Virus record (IMG/VR): IMGVR_UViG_2695420373_000009
DNA: 11,334 nucleotides
From: a virus
Lineage: Duplodnaviria > Heunggongvirae > Uroviricota > Caudoviricetes
Strand: one strand, 5' to 3'
Both the position numbers and the translations under genes were made by a program. The notes beneath the pieces are model-generated. The model saw nothing but the letters and a program-made list of their open reading frames with translations, did no database searches and had not been told where the DNA came from. The first letter of the stretch is position 1. Each line of letters starts with the position of its first letter. Below are positions 1 to 7,629 of this stretch, in pieces.

Positions 1-77
1 CCATGCTGGGTATCGCCGGTTATCAGGTGATTGAGATTGCCATTCAGCGCCGCTTTAAGGGCAGGGGGAAACAGTAA
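1..77 (+). CDS. Y: Holin, 3' end only (gene starts upstream of the window)
   Basis: Frame open from base 3 (MLGIAGYQVIEIAIQRRFKGRGKQ*) with stop at 75-77 overlapping the ATG of the next gene (TAATG). Position immediately upstream of the endolysin matches the P2 holin-endolysin order. Confidence 0.6.
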   Translation, partial: MLGIAGYQVIEIAIQRRFKGRGKQ

Positions 78-574
78 TGCCGGTAATTAACACGCATCAG
101 AATATCGCTGCCTTTCTCGACATGCTGGCCGTGTCCGAAGGGACGGCGAATCACCCGCTGACGAAAAACCGGGGCTATGACGTGATAGTCACCGGACTGG
201 ACGGGAAGCCGGAAATCTTCACCGACTACAGTGACCACCCGTTCGCACATGGCCGACCGGCGAAGGTGTTTAACCGTCGCGGTGAAAAATCCACGGCCTC
301 CGGTCGCTATCAGCAGCTTTACCTGTTCTGGCCGCACTACCGCAAACAGCTTGCCCTGCCTGATTTCAGTCCGTTGTCACAGGACAGACTCGCCATTCAG
401 TTGATCCGCGAACGCGGTGCACTGGATGACATCCGGGCGGGACGCATTGAGCGCGCCATTTCACGCTGTCGCAATATCTGGGCGTCCCTGCCGGGTGCCG
501 GTTACGGTCAGCGTGAGCATTCACTGGAAAAACTGGTCACCGTCTGGCGTACCGCTGGCGGCGTACCGGCTTAA
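77..574 (+). CDS. K: Phage endolysin (P2 gpK-type lysozyme), 165 aa
   Basis: ORF 77..574; protein MPVINTHQNIAAFLDMLAVSEGTANHPL... recognised as P2 K-type endolysin; followed by LysA/LysB/LysC as in the P2 lysis cassette. Confidence 0.9.
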   Translation: MPVINTHQNIAAFLDMLAVSEGTANHPLTKNRGYDVIVTGLDGKPEIFTDYSDHPFAHGRPAKVFNRRGEKSTASGRYQQLYLFWPHYRKQLALPDFSPLSQDRLAIQLIRERGALDDIRAGRIERAISRCRNIWASLPGAGYGQREHSLEKLVTVWRTAGGVPA

Positions 575-588
575 ACGGAGTAAACACC

Positions 589-1014
589 ATGAAGAAATTA
601 TCCCTTTCACTGATGCTGAACGTGTCGCTGGCGCTGATGCTTGCACTGTCCCTGATTTACCCGCAGAGCGTGACCGTCAGTTTTGTCGCCACCTGGGCGA
701 TTCTGGCGACGGTTATTTGTGTGGTTGCCGGTGGTGTCGGCGTGTATGCCACGGAGTATGTGCTGGAACGCTACGGGCGGGAGCTGCCACCGGAATCGCT
801 GGCCGTGAAGATTGTCACGTCGCTGTTTTTGCAGCCGGTGCCGTGGCGCAGGCGGGCAGCGGCTCTGGTGGTGATGGTGGCGACGTTTATCTCGCTGGTC
901 GCTGCCGGGTGGATTTTTACCGCGCTGATTTATCTCGTGGCGTCGCTGTTCTTCCGGCTGATATGTACGGCCTGCCGTCAGCGTCTTGAGGAGCGGGAAC
1001 CATGTCAAAGCTGA
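589..1014 (+). CDS. lysA: LysA, membrane lysis-accessory protein, 141 aa
   Basis: ORF 589..1014 with GGAG RBS at 578-581; highly hydrophobic protein with several predicted transmembrane stretches; sits between endolysin and spanins as in P2. Confidence 0.85.
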   Translation: MKKLSLSLMLNVSLALMLALSLIYPQSVTVSFVATWAILATVICVVAGGVGVYATEYVLERYGRELPPESLAVKIVTSLFLQPVPWRRRAAALVVMVATFISLVAAGWIFTALIYLVASLFFRLICTACRQRLEEREPCQS

Positions 1015-1427
1015 TGACTGTGCTGGTCGTGTTGTTATCGCTGGCGCTGTCCGGTCTGTTTCTGGTGAAACACAAAAACGCCAGCCTGCGCGCCTCGCTG
1101 GACAGGGCGAACAACGTCGCCAGCGGGCAGCAGGCGACCATCACCATGCTGAAAAATCAGCTTCATGTTGCCCTCACCAGAGCAGACAAAAACGAGCTGG
1201 CGCAGGTGGTACTGCGTCAGGAACTGGAGAACGCCGCGAAGCGTGAAGCACAGCGCGAGAAAACCATCACGAGGTTACTTAATGAAAACGAAGATTTTCG
1301 CCGCTGGTACGGCGCTGACCTGCCTGATGCTGTGCGCCGGTTGCACCAGCGCCCGGCCTGCACCGACGCCAGTGATTGTCCACAACGCCTGCCCGAAAGT
1401 GAGCCTTTGCCCGATGCCGGGCAGTGA
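1002..1427 (+). CDS. lysB: LysB, Rz-like inner-membrane spanin (i-spanin), 141 aa
   Basis: ORF 1002..1427; N-terminal TM helix (LMTVLVVLLSLALSGLFLV) followed by a charged coiled-coil-like region, typical of Rz-type i-spanins; start overlaps the lysA end. Confidence 0.85.
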   Translation: MSKLMTVLVVLLSLALSGLFLVKHKNASLRASLDRANNVASGQQATITMLKNQLHVALTRADKNELAQVVLRQELENAAKREAQREKTITRLLNENEDFRRWYGADLPDAVRRLHQRPACTDASDCPQRLPESEPLPDAGQ

Positions 1428-1572
1428 CCCGGAGACGAACGGCGATTTAAGTGCCGATATCCGGCAGCTTGAGAACGCGCTGGCACGCTGTGCCAGCCAG
1501 GTAAAAATGATTAAACACTGTCAGGACGAAAACGATGCTCAAACCCGACAGCCTGCGCAGGGCGCTGACTGA
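1282..1572 (+). CDS. lysC: LysC, Rz1-like outer-membrane lipoprotein spanin (o-spanin), 96 aa, embedded in the +1 frame of lysB
   Basis: Internal ATG at 1282 in the frame of ORF 1165..1572, preceded by GAGG (1271-1274); product MKTKIFAAGTALTCLMLCAGCTSARP... has a lipoprotein signal with Cys-containing lipobox and a Pro-rich mature part. Confidence 0.8.
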   Translation: MKTKIFAAGTALTCLMLCAGCTSARPAPTPVIVHNACPKVSLCPMPGSDPETNGDLSADIRQLENALARCASQVKMIKHCQDENDAQTRQPAQGAD

Positions 1573-2002
1573 TGCCGTCACGGTGCTGAAAACCAGTCCA
1601 GAGATGCTGCGGATATTCGTGGATAACGGGAGTATTGCCTCCACACTGGCGACGTCGCTGTCATTCGAAAAGCGTTACACGCTCAATGTGATTGTGACCG
1701 ACTTTACCGGTGATTTTGACCTGCTCATTGTGCCGGTGCTGGCGTGGCTGCGGGAAAATCAGCCCGACATCATGACCACCGACGAAGGCCAGAAAAAGGG
1801 CTTCACGTTTTATGCAGACATCAACAATGACAGCAGCTTTGATATCAGCATCAGCCTGATGCTGACCGAGCGCACGCTGGTCAGTGAGGTGGACGGTGCG
1901 CTGCATGTGAAGAATATCCCGGAACCCACGCCGCCGGAGCCGGTCACCCGCCCGATGGAGCTTTATATCAATGGCGAACTGGTGAGCAAGTGGGATGAAT
2001 GA
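1535..2002 (+). CDS. R: Tail completion protein R, 155 aa
   Basis: ORF 1535..2002; recognised as P2 gpR-type; overlaps the lysC 3' end and is translationally coupled to S. Confidence 0.85.
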   Translation: MLKPDSLRRALTDAVTVLKTSPEMLRIFVDNGSIASTLATSLSFEKRYTLNVIVTDFTGDFDLLIVPVLAWLRENQPDIMTTDEGQKKGFTFYADINNDSSFDISISLMLTERTLVSEVDGALHVKNIPEPTPPEPVTRPMELYINGELVSKWDE

Positions 2003-2447
2003 GTTTAAGCGTTTTGAAGACCGGCTGACCGGACTGATTGAATCGCTGTCACCGTCAGGGCGTCGGCGACTGAGTGCAGAACTGGCGAAACGTCTGCGGC
2101 AGAGTCAGCAGCGCCGGGTGATGGCACAGAAAGCCCCGGACGGCACACCCTATGCGCCACGCCAGCAGCAGAGCGCCAGAAAAAAGACCGGTCGCGTTAA
2201 GCGAAAAATGTTTGCGAAACTTATCACCAGTCGTTTTTTGCATATCCGCGCCAGCCCGGAACAGGCAGCAATGGAATTTTACGGCGGGAAGTCACCGAAA
2301 ATCGCCAGTGTGCATCAGTTTGGTCTGTCGGAAGAAACCCGGAAAGACGGTAAGAAAATTGATTATCCGGCGCGTCCTCTGCTCGGCTTTACCGGTGAGG
2401 ATGTGCAGATGATTGAAGAGATTATCCTGGCTCACCTCGACCGTTAG
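1995..2447 (+). CDS. S: Tail completion protein S, 150 aa
   Basis: ORF 1995..2447; the ATG at 1995 precedes and overlaps the R stop (2000-2002); gene order R-S as in P2. Confidence 0.85.
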   Translation: MNEFKRFEDRLTGLIESLSPSGRRRLSAELAKRLRQSQQRRVMAQKAPDGTPYAPRQQQSARKKTGRVKRKMFAKLITSRFLHIRASPEQAAMEFYGGKSPKIASVHQFGLSEETRKDGKKIDYPARPLLGFTGEDVQMIEEIILAHLDR

Positions 2448-2480
2448 TTGTGCCATTCCCGACACCTCATCGTCACATTG

Positions 2481-2500
2481 CCGCCGGTATCACCCGGCGG
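2481..2500 (+). other. GC-rich hairpin in the S-V intergenic region (stem CCGCCGG / CCGGCGG, loop TATCAC)
   Basis: Perfect 7-bp inverted repeat at 2481-2487 and 2494-2500, read directly; no following T-run, so not a canonical intrinsic terminator. Confidence 0.5.
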
Positions 2501-2513
2501 CATCCTTCCCGTT

Positions 2514-3149
2514 ATGAACACTCTCGCAAATATCCAGGAACTCGCGCGCGCACTGCGCAACATGATTCGCACCGGCCTTGTCGTCGAAACCAACCTTAAA
2601 GCCGGTCGCTGCCGTGTGCAGACCGGCGGCATGTGCACCGACTGGCTTCAGTGGCTGACCTGTCGTGCCGGGCGTTCGCGCACATGGTGGGCACCTTCCG
2701 TGGGGGAGCAGGTGCTGATTCTGGCCGTGGGCGGTGAACTTGACACGGCGTTTGTTCTGCCGGGGATTTATTCCGGCGATAACCCCGCGCCGTCTGCGTC
2801 GGCGGATGCCCTGCATATCCGTTTCCCTGACGGGGCGGTGATTGAGTATGAACCTGAAACCAGTGCACTGACGGTAAGCGGAATTAAAACGGCCAGCGTG
2901 ACGGCTTCTGATTCTGTTACTGCCACGGTGCCGGTGGTCATGGTGAAAGCGTCAACCCGCATCACCCTGGACACCCCGGAGGTGGTCTGCACCAACAGAC
3001 TGATTACCGGCACGCTGGAAGTGCAGAAGGGCGGGACGATGCGCGGCAACATTGAACACACCGGCGGTGAACTCTCATCAAACGGTAAGGTACTGCATAC
3101 CCATAAACACCCCGGCGACAGCGGCGGCACAACCGGGAGTCCTCTATGA
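2514..3149 (+). CDS. V: Baseplate spike/hub protein V, 211 aa
   Basis: The six-frame ORF 2448..3149 has no upstream stop, but the start is assigned to the ATG at 2514 (MNTLANIQELARALRNMIRTG...), giving 211 aa, the length recalled for P2 gpV. The upstream extension lies in the intergenic/promoter region. Confidence 0.85.
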   Translation: MNTLANIQELARALRNMIRTGLVVETNLKAGRCRVQTGGMCTDWLQWLTCRAGRSRTWWAPSVGEQVLILAVGGELDTAFVLPGIYSGDNPAPSASADALHIRFPDGAVIEYEPETSALTVSGIKTASVTASDSVTATVPVVMVKASTRITLDTPEVVCTNRLITGTLEVQKGGTMRGNIEHTGGELSSNGKVLHTHKHPGDSGGTTGSPL

Positions 3150-3493
3150 CAGCACGTTATCTCGGAATGAATCGCAGTGATGGCCAGACTGTCACTGACC
3201 TTGAGCATATCAGCCAGAGTATCGGCGATATCCTGCGCACACCGGTCGGCTCACGAGTGATGCGTCGTGATTACGGCTCGTTGCTGGCGTCAATGATTGA
3301 CCAGCCGCAGACCCCGGCGCTTGAGTTGCAGATTAAGGTCGCCTGTTACATGGCGGTGCTGAAATGGGAACCCCGCGTCACCCTGTCATCTGTCACCACG
3401 GCGCGCAGTTTTGACGGGCGAATGACGGTCACGTTAACCGGCCAGCACAACGACACCGGCCAGCCACTTTCGTTAACCATCCCTGTGAGTTGA
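3146..3493 (+). CDS. W: Baseplate wedge protein W (gp25-like), 115 aa
   Basis: ORF 3146..3493; ATGA overlap with the V stop; GGGAG RBS at 3135-3139. Confidence 0.88.
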   Translation: MTARYLGMNRSDGQTVTDLEHISQSIGDILRTPVGSRVMRRDYGSLLASMIDQPQTPALELQIKVACYMAVLKWEPRVTLSSVTTARSFDGRMTVTLTGQHNDTGQPLSLTIPVS

Positions 3494-3497
3494 AACC

Positions 3498-4406
3498 ATG
3501 CCGATTATCGACCTGAACCAGCTACCCGCACCGGATGTGGTCGAGGAGCTGGACTTTGAAACCATTCTTGCCGAACGCAAGGCGACACTGATTTCCCTTT
3601 ACCCGGAAGACCAGCAGGAGGCGGTCGCCCGTACCCTGACGCTGGAATCCGAGCCTCTCGTCAAACTGCTGGAAGAAAACGCTTATCGTGAGCTTATCTG
3701 GCGTCAGCGTGTGAATGAGGCCGCACGGGCGGTGATGCTGGCCTGTGCCGCCGGTAATGACCTTGATGTGATTGGTGCCAATTACAACACCACGCGCCTG
3801 ATTATCACCCCGGCAGATGATTCGACTATCCCGCCGACACCGGCAGTGATGGAGTCTGACACCGATTATCGTCTGCGTATTCAGCAGGCGTTTGAGGGCT
3901 TAAGCGTCGCCGGGTCGGTGGGAGCCTATCAGTATCATGGTCGCAGTGCTGACGGGCGTGTCGCGGATATTTCTGTCACCAGTCCGTCTCCGGCCTGCGT
4001 CACCATCTCTGTGCTGTCACGTGAAAATAACGGCGTCGCATCCGAAGACCTGCTGGCTGTGGTGCGTAACGCCCTTAATGGCGAGGACGTCAGGCCGGTG
4101 GCCGACCGCGTGACCGTGCAGTCTGCCGCCATCGTTGAATACCAGATAAACGCCACGCTTTACCTTTACCCTGGTCCCGAAAGCGAACCCATACGCGCTG
4201 CCGCCGTGAAAAAACTGGAATCGTACATCACGGCACAGCACCGGCTGGGGCGTGACATCCGTCTGTCTGCCATTTATGCCGCTTTGCATGTGGAAGGCGT
4301 GCAGCGTGTTGAACTGGCTTCACCACTGGCCGACATCGTGCTCAACAGTACGCAGGCGTCTTTCTGTACCGAATACCGCGTCGTGACCGGAGGCTCGGAT
4401 GAGTGA
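3498..4406 (+). CDS. J: Baseplate protein J, 302 aa
   Basis: ORF 3498..4406; length and position match P2 gpJ; the downstream gene start overlaps its 3' end. Confidence 0.88.
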   Translation: MPIIDLNQLPAPDVVEELDFETILAERKATLISLYPEDQQEAVARTLTLESEPLVKLLEENAYRELIWRQRVNEAARAVMLACAAGNDLDVIGANYNTTRLIITPADDSTIPPTPAVMESDTDYRLRIQQAFEGLSVAGSVGAYQYHGRSADGRVADISVTSPSPACVTISVLSRENNGVASEDLLAVVRNALNGEDVRPVADRVTVQSAAIVEYQINATLYLYPGPESEPIRAAAVKKLESYITAQHRLGRDIRLSAIYAALHVEGVQRVELASPLADIVLNSTQASFCTEYRVVTGGSDE

Positions 4407-5010
4407 TTCGCGACTGCTGCCGACCGGCTCATCACCGCTTGAAGTCGCTGCTGCAAAAGCCTGTGCGGAAATTGAAAAAACGCCGGTCAGTATTCGTGAG
4501 CTGTGGAACCCGGACACCTGCCCGGCAAATCTGCTGCCGTGGCTGGCGTGGTCATTTTCGGTTGACCGCTGGGATGATAAGTGGCCGGAAGCGACAAAAC
4601 GCGCTGTTATCCGCGATGCGTATTTCATTCACTGCCATAAGGGCACTATAGGCGCAATCCGGCGTGTGGTGGAGCCGCTCGGCTATCTGATTGAGGTGAG
4701 GGAGTGGTGGCAACTCAATGAGGAGCCGGGGACGTTCCGTATCGTTGTTGGCGTGCTTGAGCAGGGTATTACCGAGGAAATGTATCAGGAGCTGGAGCGC
4801 CTCGTTGCTGATGCAAAACCGGCAAGCCGCCATCTGACGGGACTGGCTATCAGTTTAAGTACAACCGGCAACATTTTTGCCGGTGCGGGATGCTATCACG
4901 GCGACGCCCTGACAGTTTATCCCTACACCCCGGAGGCCATTATTGTCGGAGGGGATTATTTCCCGGCCTCGGCCATTCATTTAATTGATAACCTGAGAGT
5001 AAACGCATGA
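4399..5010 (+). CDS. I: Baseplate/tail-fibre attachment protein I, 203 aa
   Basis: ORF 4399..5010 with GGAGG RBS; N-terminus MSDSRLLPTGSSPLEVAAAK... recognised as gpI-type; stop overlaps the H start (ATGA at 5007-5010). Confidence 0.85.
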   Translation: MSDSRLLPTGSSPLEVAAAKACAEIEKTPVSIRELWNPDTCPANLLPWLAWSFSVDRWDDKWPEATKRAVIRDAYFIHCHKGTIGAIRRVVEPLGYLIEVREWWQLNEEPGTFRIVVGVLEQGITEEMYQELERLVADAKPASRHLTGLAISLSTTGNIFAGAGCYHGDALTVYPYTPEAIIVGGDYFPASAIHLIDNLRVNA

Positions 5011-6128
5011 CAGTGAAATACTACGCCATTCTGACTAATCAGGGCGCGGCACGGCTGGCTAACGCGACGATGCTCGGCAGTAAGCTGAATCTGACGCAAA
5101 TGGCCGTTGGTGATGCAAATGGTGTCTTGCCGACACCAGACCCGGCACAGACAAAACTGATTAACCAGAAACGCATCGCGCCGCTGAATCTTCTGAGTGT
5201 TGACCCGAACAACCAGAGCCAGATTATTGCGGAGCAAATCATCCCTGAGAACGAGGGCGGATTCTGGATCCGTGAGATTGGGCTTTATGATGATGAAGGC
5301 GTACTCATTGCGGTGGCGAACTGCCCGGAAACGTACAAACCGCAGTTGCAGGAAGGCAGCGGTCGTACCCAGACTATCCGCATGATTCTGGTTGTCACGA
5401 ATACCGAAGCTATCACGCTGAAAATCGACCCGTCGGTGGTACTGGCGACCCGTAAATACGTGGATGATGAAGTCCTGGAATTAAGGCTGTATGTGGATGA
5501 CCAGATGAGGAACCATATTGCCGCACAGGATCCTCATACCCAGTATGCACAGAAACATAATCCGACATTTACCGGAGAACCAAAAGCGCCGACGCCTGCC
5601 GCAGGAAATAACACCACGCGGATTGCGACCACTGAGTTTGTTCAGGCCGCTATTACCGCTCTGATTAACGGTGCGCCAGCCACGCTGGACACACTGAAAG
5701 AAATTGCCGCAGCCATTAACAATGACCCGAAATTCAGCACCACCATTAACAATGCGCTGTCAGGTAAGCAGCCACTGGATGAGACGCTGACTCATTTGAG
5801 TGGAAAGGATGTTGCCGGTCTTCTCGCATACCTTGGTTTTGGAGAAGGTGCTAACTGGGTTATGTTACCTGGAGGAATGATAATTCAGCGTGTTTATCTT
5901 GGATTTCCTGTTGGCACCAATGTAAGACACATAACTTTCCCCCGGTCGTTTACAACAACGAACTATTCCATCTCAATTAACTGGAATGATATCGGTACTG
6001 TAACAACTGAAACACAATCGCCAGCAAATGTGGCGGTTGTTCATCAAACAAAATCATTAACAGGGGCCAGCATCTGGCAGGCAGGTCCCGGGGGATTTAA
6101 TGTGGACATTATAGCGGTGGGGTATTGA
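5007..6128 (+). CDS. H: Tail fibre protein H, 373 aa: constant N-terminal part (5007-5834) fused in the present orientation to variable C-terminal cassette Sv (5835-6128)
   Basis: ORF 5007..6128; N-terminal region resembles P2 H / Mu S / P1 S constant domains and contains a tail-fibre repeat-like segment ([31 protein letters not shown]). A gix-like crossover site lies in frame at 5821-5846. Confidence 0.85.
   Translation: MTVKYYAILTNQGAARLANATMLGSKLNLTQMAVGDANGVLPTPDPAQTKLINQKRIAPLNLLSVDPNNQSQIIAEQIIPENEGGFWIREIGLYDDEGVLIAVANCPETYKPQLQEGSGRTQTIRMILVVTNTEAITLKIDPSVVLATRKYVDDEVLELRLYVDDQMRNHIAAQDPHTQYAQKHNPTFTGEPKAPTPAAGNNTTRIATTEFVQAAITALINGAPATLDTLKEIAAAINNDPKFSTTINNALSGKQPLDETLTHLSGKDVAGLLAYLGFGEGANWVMLPGGMIIQRVYLGFPVGTNVRHITFPRSFTTTNYSISINWNDIGTVTTETQSPANVAVVHQTKSLTGASIWQAGPGGFNVDIIAVGY
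5821..5846 (+). repeat. gix/hix-like 26-bp recombination site, left boundary of the invertible segment
   Basis: TTCTCGCATACC-TT-GGTTTTGGAGAA: two 12-bp imperfect inverted half-sites around a 2-bp core, matching the Din-family pattern (TTATCCAAAACC-NN-GGTTT...). Bases 5833-5850 form a 17/18 inverted repeat with 7573-7590. Confidence 0.7.
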
Positions 6129-6129
6129 T

Positions 6130-6558
6130 ATGTACGTATGGAGCGCTAAAGCAAATGGCTTTTTCCCCATATCGGAGAAAGAAAAATTTGAGGCATCAGG
6201 TCTGTGGCCTGATGATGGTGTAATAGTCAGTGAGGAAGAACATAAAAAGTTATTTATGGATATTCCACCAGGAAAACAGATTGGAACACTGAATGGAAAA
6301 CCAGCACTGATAGATATTCCTCAGCCGACCAAAAAGGAATTAATAGCTATTGCTGAAGTTAAAAAATCCCAATTACGGGAAAAAGCTGACAGTGAAATAT
6401 CCTGGCGTCAGGATGCTGTTGATGCTGATATCGCAACTGATGAAGAAACTTCAACTCTCACCGAATGGAAGAAATACCGTGTGCTGCTGATGCGTGTTGA
6501 TACTTCAACAGCACCCGATATTGAATGGCCTACGCCTCCGGCAGTTCAGGCCAGATGA
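6130..6558 (+). CDS. Tail fibre assembly protein (Tfa; P2 G / Mu U family), 142 aa
   Basis: ORF 6130..6558 starting 2 nt after the H stop; C-terminal motif ...[26 protein letters not shown] is typical of the Tfa family (compare lambda Tfa ...[22 protein letters not shown]). Confidence 0.8.
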   Translation: MYVWSAKANGFFPISEKEKFEASGLWPDDGVIVSEEEHKKLFMDIPPGKQIGTLNGKPALIDIPQPTKKELIAIAEVKKSQLREKADSEISWRQDAVDADIATDEETSTLTEWKKYRVLLMRVDTSTAPDIEWPTPPAVQAR

Positions 6559-7123
6559 CATCCGGCGCGGTGCTGGTATCTGTTGCCGTCACCGCGTCAA
6601 TGTAATCCAGCACGGCGTTAAGTCGGGTTGTTTCTGCCTGAGTCAGTTTCCGTCCGGCCTGTAATTTCAGCTGAATCAGACTAATGGAAGCCATTGCTGC
6701 ATCAATCAGTGACTGGCGCTGTGCTTCTGCTGCTTCTACTGCGGCGTTATGCTGTGCCTCAGTATCTGTCACCCATTTCTCACCATCCCATTTATCATAT
6801 GTCGTTAACGGTGAAAGCGTGACATAACCGTTTTTGATGGCACCGATATAATCCACTGTAACAGCTGCGCCATTTTCTGTTGAGTAAACAGTCTCATTGC
6901 GATGGTCTTCTTCATGGCTCCATCCCTTACCCGTGAATACTGCCACTTGCCCCGGAATGTATTCGCCCGGGTCAATACCAGTGGAACAGGCGGGCATACT
7001 TACGCCAGTATTAATATATTCATCAGACCAGCCCGTATATTCAGACGTTACTGCATCATAATAATAACAACGCATATCACCCGGCACTGTAGCCAGCCCA
7101 TTTTCATCAAAAACAGGTTTCAT
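6530..7123 (-). CDS. Alternative tail fibre assembly protein (Tfa'), 197 aa, partner of the Sv' cassette
   Basis: Minus-strand ORF 6530..7123; C-terminal ...[30 protein letters not shown] carries the same Tfa motif; its start overlaps the Sv' stop (TAATG on the minus strand). Confidence 0.8.
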   Translation of the reverse strand: MKPVFDENGLATVPGDMRCYYYDAVTSEYTGWSDEYINTGVSMPACSTGIDPGEYIPGQVAVFTGKGWSHEEDHRNETVYSTENGAAVTVDYIGAIKNGYVTLSPLTTYDKWDGEKWVTDTEAQHNAAVEAAEAQRQSLIDAAMASISLIQLKLQAGRKLTQAETTRLNAVLDYIDAVTATDTSTAPDVIWPELPEA

Positions 7124-7629
7124 TATGCAGCCCTCACAATATAATTAAAGGCGATGTTACGTGGACGGTTTTCATTAGCTGTTGGCACGACACGAGAGGC
7201 GTCGAATCCAAGGTCATCGGTTTTGCCTATAGCAGTTGTGTTATTCGCCATTGTCGCTGTTCGTGTTCCTGCATCGTAAAAAGCCCCTCTGATTGCATCA
7301 AAAGACATGCCGATCCCGCCATCTGCGAATCCCTCAATATTTCTTATTGCATCCCCCTGTGAAGATAATAATTGTCGCCCGGCATCTACACCACGCCCGT
7401 CATCCCAGCCACGAATAAATTCACCGCGTAAATCAGGCAATTTATTTGTCGGGTAAGCCTTTGCCAGTTCCGGGTATTCTTCAGCAGAAAAAGCCGCACC
7501 ATTGCATTTTAGCCAGCCTGTTGGCGGAGTGGAGGAAGGCCACGGGACAGGCACACCAACGGGTAATGCCGAACCTTCTCCCAAACCAACGTTTATAAAA
7601 ATGCAGAGATAACGGGCAACTGGCATCAT
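7123..7629 (-). CDS. Alternative tail-fibre C-terminal cassette Sv'; silent in this orientation, predicted to fuse to H after inversion
   Basis: Minus-strand ORF 7123..7629; the crossover site maps to its codons 14-19 (VGLGEG) in the same frame as in H; contains a tail-collar-like receptor-binding motif (PWPSSTPPTGWLKCNGAAFSAEEYPELAKAY). The first 13 codons lie outside the invertible segment and have no evident RBS. Confidence 0.7.
   Translation of the reverse strand: MMPVARYLCIFINVGLGEGSALPVGVPVPWPSSTPPTGWLKCNGAAFSAEEYPELAKAYPTNKLPDLRGEFIRGWDDGRGVDAGRQLLSSQGDAIRNIEGFADGGIGMSFDAIRGAFYDAGTRTATMANNTTAIGKTDDLGFDASRVVPTANENRPRNIAFNYIVRAA
7576..7601 (-). repeat. gix/hix-like 26-bp recombination site, right boundary of the invertible segment, inverted relative to 5821-5846
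   Basis: Plus strand TTCTCCCAAACC-AA-CGTTTATAAAAA; the inner half-site matches the reverse complement of the site-1 inner half at 11/12 positions; core AA is the complement of the site-1 core TT. Confidence 0.7.

Larger units (their letters stand above)
5835..7587. other. Invertible DNA segment (Mu G-segment-like) carrying two alternative tail-fibre tips and two tail-fibre assembly genes
   Basis: Bounded by inverted crossover sites at 5821-5846 and 7576-7601; internal organisation Sv-tfa (+) and tfa'-Sv' (-) convergent; serine invertase gene immediately outside at 7657. Confidence 0.7.

Noticed and set aside
417-989. 190-aa + strand ORF spanning the K/lysA junction in another frame
   Set aside because: It overlaps two well-supported genes out of frame; its Arg/Gly/Cys-rich composition is typical of an alternate-frame read of GC-rich coding DNA, and it has no RBS.
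607-1486. Minus-strand and alternate-frame ORFs across lysA/lysB/lysC (607..1008 -, 917..1147 -, 986..1246 +, 1217..1486 -)
   Set aside because: They are antisense or out-of-frame shadows of the lysis genes with Arg/His-rich low-complexity translations and no independent support.
2448-2513. N-terminal extension of the V ORF (start at 2448 in the six-frame track)
   Set aside because: The extension runs through the S stop region, the intergenic hairpin and the putative promoter. The ATG at 2514 gives the recalled 211-aa gpV and a conserved-looking N-terminus.
7101-7126. hix-like sequence TCATCAAAAACAGGTTTCATTA at the Sv'/tfa' junction, considered as a possible third crossover site
   Set aside because: The half-sites are separated by 1 bp, not a 2-bp core; the symmetry is poor; and a site at the 3' end of a tip cassette would not give a productive fibre fusion. 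It is most likely a chance match in AT-rich DNA or a relic.
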